Source of the DNA: Elusimicrobiota bacterium
GTDB taxonomy: Bacteria > Elusimicrobiota > Elusimicrobia > F11
Reading direction: 5' to 3'
Assembly: GCA_044221725.1 (NCBI GenBank)
Contig: JBGAON010000002.1
Coordinates: 128,001 to 192,000, forward strand
Length of the DNA: 64,000 nt
Shown: in pieces, positions 47,613 to 56,813 of the stretch
Position numbering within the stretch: the stretch's first letter is position 1
Layout: every line of letters starts with the position of its first letter
Notes under the pieces: model-generated
The model's database searches: none
Told to the model about the DNA's origin: nothing
What the model saw: the letters and a program-made list of their open reading frames with translations, nothing else
Made by a program: the position numbers and the translations under genes

Positions 47613-48326
47613 GTGACCACACTCGAAGAGGAAATTATTATTCCGTTGCAGCGTCAAATGGCGGCACAATCTCAACCGCGGCCCGCAAAGCCCACGTTCT
47701 GGAACATTTTTTTGTCGATCTCTTTCGGGTTTTTGTTCGGCGTGGTCGTTGGCGGCTTGTTTGTTCTTCGACAAAATTTTCTTGATTCGTGGCGGCAGTC
47801 CGTTGAAAAATTCCAGTGGCTTGTTCTTGCCCAGGGTGATCCGGTCGCTATTGATGAGGTGGGTCGCTATTTAAAAAAGTTGGATGGTGTGTCCGACGTT
47901 CAATTTCTTTCTCCCGAAGCAATGTTGGACCTTGCCAAAGCCGATTCCACGTTGGCCGCCGACCTTTCGTTAATTGAAGGCAATCCGTTTCCGGCCAGCT
48001 GGAGAGTGCATTGGGCTCCGGATCAATTTCGGAACGACCGCCTTCAGCAGGTGCTCGAAGAGGTTCGCGTGTTTCCTGGTGTTGTGGACGTTTCGTCCGA
48101 CCCCGCCGCGTTCGAGCGTGTTCAATATTTTGAAGGTTACGCACGGCGAGCGAAGATGTTTTTCCTGCTTTTTGTGTCCAGTTTTTTGCTTTTTGCGGCC
48201 GCTGGTTTGGGGCGATTTCTGTTTTCGAAAAAATCAAATTTTCAGTCGCGCCTTTTCTTTTTTTTGAGTCTTATCGGTGTTGGTAGCGCGTCGGCCGGTG
48301 CCGCGCTTATTTATTATTTGTGGTGA
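47613..48326 (+). CDS. ftsX: FtsX-like cell division permease (short)
   Basis: TM, periplasmic domain with V.F.S.EA..NPFPAS and PGVVDV, further TMs; upstream of envC. Confidence 0.7.
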   Translation: MTTLEEEIIIPLQRQMAAQSQPRPAKPTFWNIFLSISFGFLFGVVVGGLFVLRQNFLDSWRQSVEKFQWLVLAQGDPVAIDEVGRYLKKLDGVSDVQFLSPEAMLDLAKADSTLAADLSLIEGNPFPASWRVHWAPDQFRNDRLQQVLEEVRVFPGVVDVSSDPAAFERVQYFEGYARRAKMFFLLFVSSFLLFAAAGLGRFLFSKKSNFQSRLFFFLSLIGVGSASAGAALIYYLW

Positions 48327-49468
48327 TCAAAGTTCGTTCGCTGTTGCTTGTCTGCTGCGTTGTTGTTCCTGCCTGGTCTCAAGATCCAAAAGAAATAACA
48401 CACAAGAGCCGTGACCTCGAAAAAGTGAAAGCCGAGTTAAATCAAAAGAAAGAGGAAAGCGAGCGCCTTAAAAAAGAAGCTCAAGAGTTAAACCAGGCGG
48501 TCATCGATAGCGAAAGCAAAATCAAGAATGTCGAAACGTCTCTTCTGTACACGAAACAGAAAAACTGGGAAGTCGACCAGCAAGTCGCAACCACAAAGAA
48601 TTTGCACGACAAGCTCGCCAATACCGTCGTCCAAGACCGCGCAAATTTCCAATCCTCCGTAAAAACCTATTACGTGGCGTGGGCGCTCACGTCTCCGGAC
48701 ACCGATGCGGCGGTGCTTAAACGTCAAATTCTGCACGGGCAAGCACGCCAACTGCGCTCGAAATTGGGAGAAAAAGAAGTCGCTCATCGCAATCTGCAAA
48801 ATCTGGTCGACACGCAGCAGGTCATACGCGGCGAAGTTCGAAAACAAGAAGGCAAATTGAATTCCATCAAAGCGGGCGTCCAGGACAAGGAGCGCCTAAT
48901 TAATAAGAAGAAGACGCGCCAGGAAATGCTCGAAGCGGAAATGAAGGAGTTGCAACAAACGGCCGAGGAATTGGCCTCTCTTATCGATGTTTTGCGCACA
49001 AAAGCCAAAGACGAGGCGGAATCGCAGAAAGAGGCGCGCCGGCAGAAGCAGCTGACCGGTCAATCGCCGATTCTCGCGCATTCGCTGCCCTGGCCGTTTC
49101 CAGGGAAAGTTACCACGCGTTTTGGTCGCCAATTGAACCCAAAGTCGGGAACGATGTTTGTTTCGAACGGCGTTGTGATTGTCGCCGACGAGTCTCAGCC
49201 CGTGTTGGCTGTGGCCGACGGAAAAGTTTTGTACGCGGGTGAATTTATGAGTTACGGCCCAATGGCGGTCGTCGAACACCCGGGCGATTGGTACACGGTT
49301 TACGGCCAAATGTCCAGCTGGAACGTCGAAAAAGGCCAGGACGTTAAGAAAGGCGAAAAAGTGGGCTCGACACGGCCGCGGGCCGGCGGCGGATACGAAT
49401 CTTATTTCGAATTGCGTTTTTACGGGAAGTCGACCGATCCAATTCCGTGGTTGGCGAAATCCGAATAG
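48320..49468 (+). CDS. envC: Murein hydrolase activator EnvC-like (coiled coil plus degenerate M23 domain)
   Basis: Signal peptide, coiled coil, LPWP..G, V.AVADGKV, V.KGQ.V, FELR..DP..WL; Zn ligands HxxxD and HxH are absent. Confidence 0.8.
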   Translation: MVIKVRSLLLVCCVVVPAWSQDPKEITHKSRDLEKVKAELNQKKEESERLKKEAQELNQAVIDSESKIKNVETSLLYTKQKNWEVDQQVATTKNLHDKLANTVVQDRANFQSSVKTYYVAWALTSPDTDAAVLKRQILHGQARQLRSKLGEKEVAHRNLQNLVDTQQVIRGEVRKQEGKLNSIKAGVQDKERLINKKKTRQEMLEAEMKELQQTAEELASLIDVLRTKAKDEAESQKEARRQKQLTGQSPILAHSLPWPFPGKVTTRFGRQLNPKSGTMFVSNGVVIVADESQPVLAVADGKVLYAGEFMSYGPMAVVEHPGDWYTVYGQMSSWNVEKGQDVKKGEKVGSTRPRAGGGYESYFELRFYGKSTDPIPWLAKSE

Positions 49469-49546
49469 CGTCTTCGCGATGAAAAGACTTGCCGTTTTAA
49501 AATCGGGATGATAAGTAGATGGGAATAAATTAAAGGAGCGCCCCAC

Positions 49547-50854
49547 ATGATCAACAGGTCCAAGTTTCATGCGCACAAACGAGTCGCCATGTCGATTTTG
49601 TTTTCTCTTTCGCTGGCCGGTTCTGCTTTCGCTGTCAAAAAGCCGGCGGCTCCTCCTCCGACGCAGCAACAGCAAGTTGATCGAACGTTTGAGCAAATTA
49701 AACTCTTGGTTGACGTGTATCAGCAGGTGGTGCAGAACTACGTTGATGAAGTCGATGCGCAAAATTTAATTTATGGTGCCGCGGCGGGGATGGTTGCAAC
49801 GCTTGACCCGTTTAGCCAGTTTATGGTTCCCGAAGCGCGCGAGGAAATGCAAACGGTCACCGAAGGTCAATTCGGTGGATTGGGAATTCGGATCATGATG
49901 AAAGACGGTTGGCTCACCGTTATAACGCCACTGCCGGATACGCCGGCGTACCGTGCGGGTATTCTTCCGGAAGATAAAATCATTTCGATCGACGACCAGT
50001 CCACGCAGGGTATCTCGTTGCAGGATGCCGTGAAAAAATTGCGCGGCGCGCCAAAAACGCAGGTAAAGATTTCGGTTGCTCGCGAAGGTTCGAAAGAGCC
50101 AATTCCCATAAACATGATGCGCGAAAATATTGTGATTGCCAGCATTCGTGCGCGCATGTTGAACGACGGCATTGCGCATATCCGTTTGACCGAATTCATT
50201 GAGCCCACGGTTCGTGACTTGGAAGCGGCGCTTAAGAATATGGATAAGCAGGGAATGAAAAGTCTTATTCTCGATCTTCGCAACGATCCGGGTGGGCTTT
50301 TAACGTCAGCGATTGATGTCTGTAAAGAATTTATCGGTGACCAGAAAATGATTGTGTTCACCGAAGGTCGCGCTCAGCCCCGGCAGGAATTTCATGCCGG
50401 TGTCACCGCGCCGTACAAAAAGTTGCCGATTGTCGTGCTGATTAACCGGGGCTCGGCTTCGGGTTCGGAAATTGTGGCCGGCGCTATGCAAGATTTGGGA
50501 CGCGCGGTTCTCGTCGGTAGCGAATCGTTCGGAAAAGGCAGCGTTCAGTCCGTTATCAGTCTCGAGGACGGTTCCGGACTTCGCTTGACCACCGCAAAAT
50601 ACTACACGCCGTCAGGCCGATCGATTCACAGAAATGCGAAAACAGGAAAAGGTGGAATTACCCCTGACATCGTTATAACAGTCGACCGCGAAACGGAAGC
50701 AAAGCTGCAGGCGCAATCCGAGGAGATTTACGCGAAAGGACAGGACACTCATTCGGCCGTGGCCGAGAAAGATCGCGTGCAGGATGAGGCGTTGCAGCGC
50801 GCGATCGAAATCTTAAAGATCCGGCCAATCATCGCGGGTCAGAAAGAAGGGTGA
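49547..50854 (+). CDS. ctpA: S41 carboxyl-terminal processing protease
   Basis: LDPFS, PDZ GLGI, DLRNDPGGLL, SASGSEIVAGA, FGKGSVQ, TTAKYYTPSG; SD aaggag. Confidence 0.95.
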   Translation: MINRSKFHAHKRVAMSILFSLSLAGSAFAVKKPAAPPPTQQQQVDRTFEQIKLLVDVYQQVVQNYVDEVDAQNLIYGAAAGMVATLDPFSQFMVPEAREEMQTVTEGQFGGLGIRIMMKDGWLTVITPLPDTPAYRAGILPEDKIISIDDQSTQGISLQDAVKKLRGAPKTQVKISVAREGSKEPIPINMMRENIVIASIRARMLNDGIAHIRLTEFIEPTVRDLEAALKNMDKQGMKSLILDLRNDPGGLLTSAIDVCKEFIGDQKMIVFTEGRAQPRQEFHAGVTAPYKKLPIVVLINRGSASGSEIVAGAMQDLGRAVLVGSESFGKGSVQSVISLEDGSGLRLTTAKYYTPSGRSIHRNAKTGKGGITPDIVITVDRETEAKLQAQSEEIYAKGQDTHSAVAEKDRVQDEALQRAIEILKIRPIIAGQKEG

Positions 50855-51228
50855 GAAAACTTCTCGTCACCGCCGGTTTGATCGGGCTTGGCGCGGGTTT
50901 GTGGTGGATCACCGCGCGCACGGCTCGGTTCTCGATCAAGAAGTGGGACGCAAAGTTTGAAACGGTGCTTCGCCACAATTTGAACTCGATGGGCGTGACG
51001 GATCAGGACTTGTTATCGAGTATCAACGAAATCCGAAAAGACAACCGCGGCGAGTGGGTCGTTCACCGGTTGGCGCTCAAGATGCCGGATCCCGCCAAAC
51101 AGAAAGCGCTCGAGCGCGAGCTTCAAGATTCTGGCGCGAACACCGAAGAAAAAGTAATCGATAACACAAAAACATTGATTGTTCGGCGCGGATCGCGCGT
51201 TTACCAAGAAATTCATTTCTTACAATGA
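50851..51228 (+). CDS. Hypothetical membrane-anchored protein
   Basis: N-terminal TM; GTGA overlap with the ctpA stop. Confidence 0.7.
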   Translation: MRKLLVTAGLIGLGAGLWWITARTARFSIKKWDAKFETVLRHNLNSMGVTDQDLLSSINEIRKDNRGEWVVHRLALKMPDPAKQKALERELQDSGANTEEKVIDNTKTLIVRRGSRVYQEIHFLQ

Positions 51229-51268
51229 CGTCGCGCTGGAATGCCGTCATCCAGGATGACGCAATTCT

Positions 51269-52315
51269 ATGAACATCCTGGCCCTTGAGACCTCCTGCGA
51301 CGAGACCGCCGCCGCAATTGTTAAAGACGGTCGAACCATTCTGTCGAGTGTGGTTGCGACCCAAATTCCTCTGCACAAGCCATATTCGGGTGTTGTTCCT
51401 GAGATCGCAAGCCGCGAACATTTGCTGACGATCAATCGCGTTATCGCGGCGACGCTCGAAAAAGCAAAGTTCAAGAAAGATCTTTCGGACGTTGATTCGA
51501 TTGCGGTGACCGTTGGTCCCGGTTTGGTGGGATCTTTGCTGGTGGGGCGCATGACCGCCGAAACACTGGGGTGGGTTCACAATGTCCCCGTCGTTGGCGT
51601 GAACCATATCGAAGGGCATTTGTTGTCGCCGCTGCTCAACGACGCGAACGTGAAACCGCCATTTCTTGGTCTGGTGGTTTCGGGTGGACACACCGAGCTC
51701 ATTTATGCGCCGAAGTGGGGAAATTATTTTCTCGTCGGACGCACGCGCGATGATGCCGCCGGTGAAGCGTTCGACAAAGTGGCGAAGATGATGGATCTCG
51801 GATACCCCGGCGGTCCGATCATCGACAAACTGGCAGCCGGTTACCGCGCTACAAAAAATTCCAAACACGCATTCCCGCGACCATGGTTGCCCGGTACGTG
51901 GGATTTCTCTTTTAGCGGAATAAAAACGGCCGTGCTCTATCGGCTTCGCGAAAAGAAATCGACATCGCTTGCGCAGAAGAAAGTTATCTGTGCGGAGTTT
52001 CAAGAAGCTGTGGCGCAGGTGCTCGCGCATAAATCCGTGGCGGCCGCCCGCGCATTGAAGGTAAACCGGCTCGTTGTTGGCGGCGGCGTGGCCGCCAATT
52101 CTCGGTTGCGCGGGCTGTTGACCGAGTTGACGAAGAAAAATGATTTGGAATTATCCATTGCGCCGCTGGCTCTTTGCACCGATAACGCGGCGATGATCGC
52201 GTCGTCGGCATATTTTAAGATTCGAACCGGTCGCGCGCGAAAACCCGATCTCACAATTCGTCCGCAGCTTCACGTGCCTTTTTTCGACAAGAAACTCCCG
52301 CCCTTCACTTTGTAA
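51269..52315 (+). CDS. tsaD: tRNA N6-adenosine threonylcarbamoyltransferase
   Basis: LETSCDET, GVVPEIASREH, NHIEGH, VSGGHT, DDAAGEAFDK, CTDNAAMI. Confidence 0.97.
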   Translation: MNILALETSCDETAAAIVKDGRTILSSVVATQIPLHKPYSGVVPEIASREHLLTINRVIAATLEKAKFKKDLSDVDSIAVTVGPGLVGSLLVGRMTAETLGWVHNVPVVGVNHIEGHLLSPLLNDANVKPPFLGLVVSGGHTELIYAPKWGNYFLVGRTRDDAAGEAFDKVAKMMDLGYPGGPIIDKLAAGYRATKNSKHAFPRPWLPGTWDFSFSGIKTAVLYRLREKKSTSLAQKKVICAEFQEAVAQVLAHKSVAAARALKVNRLVVGGGVAANSRLRGLLTELTKKNDLELSIAPLALCTDNAAMIASSAYFKIRTGRARKPDLTIRPQLHVPFFDKKLPPFTL

Positions 52316-52359
52316 AAGCACCTGGCAATTACAACGCGTTTCCTCTACGCTTAGAGCCG

Positions 52360-53889
52360 ATGAGCATTCGTCAGCGCTTGGCGTCGTTTATTTTATTAAT
52401 GACCGGACTGTTGGTATTGGTCGGTGGTCTTCTTTTGGTCGGCGGTCCGGTCATCCTCGGTGCGTTCCGTCAATCCATCGATTCCATGGATTCCTTGGAC
52501 GCGATTCGCGAACTACGCTCCAGCATCTTCCGTCAACGAACGTCCTTGAACCGTTACTTGCTCCTCGATGATAACCAAGAATGGATCACGTTTGAAGAAG
52601 CCACGCGGCATGGACGAAAGAGCGTGGATTCGCTGAAAGATCATGTGGGGAAGAAAATTCCTGATTGGTACCCGGAATTATTGAAACTTTACGATGAAAC
52701 CGAATTGTCGGCCGAACTTGTCGTCGGGCATTACAAAAAAGGAAACAAACTGAAGGCGTACGAAGAAGCCACGACGATTTTTGAAAAGTTGACCAAACGC
52801 GTATCCGATCTCGAAACCGAAAAAGCCGTCGAAGCGCAAAAAATGTTTGAGCGAATCAAACGACTGACACGGAACATCGAATCAATTGTATTGATCGCAT
52901 TGCTCTCGGCGTTTGTGTTGGGAATTGCGCTTTTTCAATCGCTGTACCGGTCCGTCATGAATCCGATCGAAAGTCTCCGCCGCGGAGCAATCGAATTTGG
53001 AAAGGGACATTGGGATCATCGGATCCATCTCACTTCCAAAAACGAATTGGGAGCTTTGGCCGATTCGTTTAACACGATGGCCGACAACGTGAAACAACTC
53101 CAGATGCAGGCGGTGCACATGGACCGCATGAGCGCCGTCGGTCAGCTGGCCGGTGGCGTCGCGCACGAGATCAACAATCCATTGACGGCCGTGCTTGGCC
53201 AAGCGCAGATTCTTATGGCACGCCTTGGAGAAAAGGACCCGTCTTATCCGCAGATTAGCAAGATCGAGCAGGCGGCCTTGCGTTGCAAAAAAATCGTGCG
53301 CGGGTTGCTCGATTTTTCGCGGCCAAGCCAAACGGCGTTTGAGGATATTGATTTACAGGCGGTTGTCAGCGCAACGCTGGAGTTGTGCGAAGCCGATCTA
53401 AAACGGGCGCGTGTGAACGTGGAGCGCCGCGTGACAAGGAATTTCCCAATCATCGAGGGGAATTCCAGCGAATTGCAACAAGTGCTTTTGAACCTCATTA
53501 ACAATGCGATCCAGGCTATGCCCAAAGGTGGAACTCTCTCGATTGAATCGCGTGTGCACAACGACTCGCTAAGCTTTCCCGAGCGCCGCAAAGGCGCGCC
53601 GCCGCGCAAAGCCAACGGTCCATGGCTCGAACTCATGGTAAAAGACACCGGTGTTGGAATTGCGCGCGAGCATTTGTCCCGCGTTTTTGAACCGTTTTTT
53701 ACGACGAAGGAAATCGGCAAAGGTACCGGTCTCGGGCTTGCGGTTTCTATGGGCATTGTTCAAAAACACGGTGGCGATTTGCGGGCGGAGAGCGCGGGAA
53801 TTAACCGCGGTTCGATGTTTTCGGTGATTCTTCCCGTCAAGGGCAGCGCGAACGCGGTGGGCGACCGTCGTTCCGGGATGGCGGCGTAA
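52360..53889 (+). CDS. Sensor histidine kinase (2 TM, HAMP, HisKA, HATPase)
   Basis: GVAHEINNPL, QVLLNLINNA, DTGVGI, FEPFFTTK..GKGTGLGL. Confidence 0.96.
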   Translation: MSIRQRLASFILLMTGLLVLVGGLLLVGGPVILGAFRQSIDSMDSLDAIRELRSSIFRQRTSLNRYLLLDDNQEWITFEEATRHGRKSVDSLKDHVGKKIPDWYPELLKLYDETELSAELVVGHYKKGNKLKAYEEATTIFEKLTKRVSDLETEKAVEAQKMFERIKRLTRNIESIVLIALLSAFVLGIALFQSLYRSVMNPIESLRRGAIEFGKGHWDHRIHLTSKNELGALADSFNTMADNVKQLQMQAVHMDRMSAVGQLAGGVAHEINNPLTAVLGQAQILMARLGEKDPSYPQISKIEQAALRCKKIVRGLLDFSRPSQTAFEDIDLQAVVSATLELCEADLKRARVNVERRVTRNFPIIEGNSSELQQVLLNLINNAIQAMPKGGTLSIESRVHNDSLSFPERRKGAPPRKANGPWLELMVKDTGVGIAREHLSRVFEPFFTTKEIGKGTGLGLAVSMGIVQKHGGDLRAESAGINRGSMFSVILPVKGSANAVGDRRSGMAA

Positions 53890-54272
53890 TGAAAGTGCTT
53901 TTGATCGAAGACGATTTGGATGTTTCGGAGACCATTACATCGGTGTTGCAAAGCTTTTTTGCCAATGTTGAGGTGCAACATATTGCCGATGGGCCGCAAT
54001 TCCGGAAGGGACAATGGCGCGTGCCCGGATGGAGCCTTGTGATTTTGGATCTTATGATGCCCGGCATGACCGGCTTCGAAGTGTGCGAACATCTTCGCGG
54101 GTATCCGGCGACGAGCAAAGTGCCGATTCTCGCGCTCACCGGTTACGACACGCTTCAGAACGAAGAAAAAATAAAAGCCGCCGGCGCGAGCGGATACATG
54201 GCGAAACCATTTGAAGTAAATAAATTAAGAGAAGAGATTGAGCGCGTGCTCAAGAAAAATGGAATTCACTGA
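53889..54272 (+). CDS. Single-domain response regulator
   Basis: LLIEDD, ILDLMMPGMTG, LTG, KPF. Confidence 0.95.
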   Translation: MKVLLIEDDLDVSETITSVLQSFFANVEVQHIADGPQFRKGQWRVPGWSLVILDLMMPGMTGFEVCEHLRGYPATSKVPILALTGYDTLQNEEKIKAAGASGYMAKPFEVNKLREEIERVLKKNGIH

Positions 54273-55152
54273 AATTGATCGTCAGTTCGACGAAGCTTTT
54301 GAGCGCATCAACCGACGCGGGTTGACCACCGCTTCGCCCTACGGCGGAACGCCGCTCGCCGCCGATCACTTCTTGCTCAAGAAAAGCTGGGACTATTTCC
54401 GAAATCGCGTGAAGTCGATCGAAGATCAATGGCGCAAAATGCTGTCGGCCAAAGACGTGCAACTGAAAACGGTTACGGACGAACTGAAACGGGTGCGTCA
54501 AAGTTCGTTGGAACTCGAGGACGAGATCCATATGCTGCGGTCGCTCGATCAGTCAATAAAAAAGGCGCGGACCGAGGATTTTGTGGGTTTCAATCGCAAG
54601 AGCGAAATGCTGCGGATGCGCTGGGATGCGGAGCGCGCGGCGCTCATCAAAAAAGCCGACGACCTCGAGCTTAAAATCACGCGTCTCAAAAAGGACTACG
54701 ATCTGCGTGCGTCCATGGCGCGCGTCCGCGAAGAAAAGTTGCAACAAGCGCTCGAAGCAGCCAAGAAAGATTCGGCGATAAACATCGAGCGCGAGCGCGA
54801 TATTCAAAAGAAATGCACCGACGAATTGAACGCAAAAGACGAGAGAATATTTTCGCTCGATACGAAGACTGAATTGCTACGGGGCGAAGTCGAACGACGC
54901 GATGCGCTTTTAAAAGAAATGAAGGCGACTCTCGCTACGCGTGATGCCGACGCGACGGCGATGACCAGCTACATCGCTGAACTTCAGCGCCTAGTGAAAG
55001 AAAAAGATATCGAGATTGAGCAGCACAAAACCCGCCTCCAAATCCTCTCGCAAGAGAAAGATGGAATTCAGGCCGGCTGGGAACGGGAACGCGCCGAATG
55101 GCGCGAACTCTGGGACCGCGGCCGCTCGTTGTGGGACAAGAAGGCTTCTTAG
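54259..55152 (+). CDS. Coiled-coil hypothetical protein
   Basis: K/E/R-rich helical sequence with a Trp-rich end (WERERAEWRELWDRGRSLWD); overlaps the regulator gene. Confidence 0.8.
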   Translation: MEFTEIDRQFDEAFERINRRGLTTASPYGGTPLAADHFLLKKSWDYFRNRVKSIEDQWRKMLSAKDVQLKTVTDELKRVRQSSLELEDEIHMLRSLDQSIKKARTEDFVGFNRKSEMLRMRWDAERAALIKKADDLELKITRLKKDYDLRASMARVREEKLQQALEAAKKDSAINIERERDIQKKCTDELNAKDERIFSLDTKTELLRGEVERRDALLKEMKATLATRDADATAMTSYIAELQRLVKEKDIEIEQHKTRLQILSQEKDGIQAGWERERAEWRELWDRGRSLWDKKAS

Positions 55153-55156
55153 TATC

Positions 55157-55681
55157 TTACGCGTCAGGGCAGGGACGCAGGCTGTCTCGAGCCCTATCTA
55201 TTCGAAGACGGTCATAATCGTCTTTTGCCGCCAAGTAAAGGCACCAAATCGCATCTGCCTCCGCTCGAAGATCGAGCGCGCGTTTTTCTGCTAATTGGAT
55301 TGCTCCCTTCAAACGTATAATGAGGTCGAGTTGGTAAGTAGGATAGCTACCGAGCGGTTCCTTCAGACGAGCACTAAGATCACCGCGCAAACTCACAAGG
55401 TGATCCTCAAGAGCGACACGTTGGTTGACTACATTAGAAAATTGCCGAAAAAGCGATTCCATTTTTATCCACGCTGCAAACATCTCCTCAGACGTACAAA
55501 ATTCTCTTGGATCTGGGATAAAACCTAAGTTATTTTCGTCGAGAATCGGAGGTGGAGTGGGTTTTATTTGAGTTGGAATAGGCTGACTGGAACCCGACAT
55601 ATCTGCGTGGGCAACGCCCTGAAGTGTCAAGCTTGCATAAAATAGGAATTTAAAAATTGAGGACTTTATTTCGGGTTTCAT
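55157..55681 (-). CDS. Hypothetical secreted protein
   Basis: Signal peptide ending AHA; SD aaggag upstream; fills the intergenic gap. Confidence 0.7.
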   Translation of the reverse strand: MKPEIKSSIFKFLFYASLTLQGVAHADMSGSSQPIPTQIKPTPPPILDENNLGFIPDPREFCTSEEMFAAWIKMESLFRQFSNVVNQRVALEDHLVSLRGDLSARLKEPLGSYPTYQLDLIIRLKGAIQLAEKRALDLRAEADAIWCLYLAAKDDYDRLRIDRARDSLRPCPDA

Positions 55682-55782
55682 AGTCAGGCTCCTTGTTAAC
55701 TGCGTTTGACCGACAGCGGTCTACGTTGCCTCATATGCAACGCAGGTGCCGACAAAGAGGGAACTTAGGATTTGTTGGTACG

Positions 55783-55811
55783 TTGACAGGTCTGGGTGTG
55801 TATATTAGTAT
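55783..55811 (+). promoter_or_regulatory. sigma70-type promoter of trxA
   Basis: TTGACA-17 nt-TAGTAT. Confidence 0.6.
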
Positions 55812-55856
55812 CGTCGAGCAGCAAAACCCCAAATTTAACCTTGAGTGTGACAATCT

Positions 55857-56177
55857 ATGAGCGAAATCCAAGTTACCGATCAGAATTTTGAATCCGAAGT
55901 TCTTAAATCCAATCAACCCGTTTTGGTGGACTTCTGGGCGCCGTGGTGTGGTCCGTGCCGAATGCTGACCCCGATGATCGCCGAATTGGCTCAAGAATAC
56001 GCTGGTCGCGCGAAGATCTGTAAAATGAACACGGATGAGAATCCAAACATCGCGTCGCAATTTCAAATCTCGGCCATTCCTGCATTGCTGTTCTTCAAGA
56101 ACGGAAAGTTAGCGGACCAGTTAACCGGTGTTCGGCCCAAACCCGAAGTCAAATCGACTCTCGAAAAGTTGTTTTAA
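55857..56177 (+). CDS. trxA: Thioredoxin
   Basis: VLVDFWAPWCGPC, ISAIP..LFFKNG. Confidence 0.97.
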   Translation: MSEIQVTDQNFESEVLKSNQPVLVDFWAPWCGPCRMLTPMIAELAQEYAGRAKICKMNTDENPNIASQFQISAIPALLFFKNGKLADQLTGVRPKPEVKSTLEKLF

Positions 56178-56721
56178 AATTCTGAATCGCGCGATTCGCC
56201 GTTATCCTTACTATTTCACTCTGTTCGCGGCGGCTTGCGTTCATCTTTTCATCGGATGTTCGTCCCACGCCGAATCCGACGTTCAAGTTTCGTCGACCAA
56301 GGTTATTAAAGCGCCGGATTTTGAACTGACGGATTTGCAGGGAAAGAAAGTTTCGTTAAAGAGCCTCAAAGGAAAAGTTGTTTTTCTTGATTTCTGGGCG
56401 ACCTGGTGTCCGCCGTGCGTGATATCGGCTCCTGAAGTCGAAAAGCTTGTTCAAGACTACAAAGGCAAGAATTTCGAAGTATTGAGTATCAGTCTGGATT
56501 CGAGCGAAACGCCCGTCAAACGCTATTTGACGACCCATAAGGTAACAAGTCGTGTGATGTTGGCAGGGGAGTCAGGGGTTGACGGTCGCTACAGCGTTCA
56601 AGGGATTCCGGCGTATTTCATTGTGGATCAAAATGGAAACGTGGCAAAGGCGTGGGAAGGATACAACCCAACAATGACCAAACTTTGGCGAAAGGAGATT
56701 GATCGTTTGCTAGGAATTTAA
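56128..56721 (+). CDS. TlpA/ResA-like thiol-disulfide oxidoreductase, probable lipoprotein (start uncertain)
   Basis: APDFEL.DL.G, LDFWATWCPPC, GIP; lipobox-like LFIGC. Confidence 0.88.
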   Translation: MFGPNPKSNRLSKSCFKILNRAIRRYPYYFTLFAAACVHLFIGCSSHAESDVQVSSTKVIKAPDFELTDLQGKKVSLKSLKGKVVFLDFWATWCPPCVISAPEVEKLVQDYKGKNFEVLSISLDSSETPVKRYLTTHKVTSRVMLAGESGVDGRYSVQGIPAYFIVDQNGNVAKAWEGYNPTMTKLWRKEIDRLLGI

Positions 56722-56813
56722 TGTCCGTGTCGCCGCACCAACGTCTCCCTCGTAGTTACCTTCTTTAAGAATCAAAAATCCGAGTCAAAAAACCGAATCA
56801 AAATCCGAAAAAT

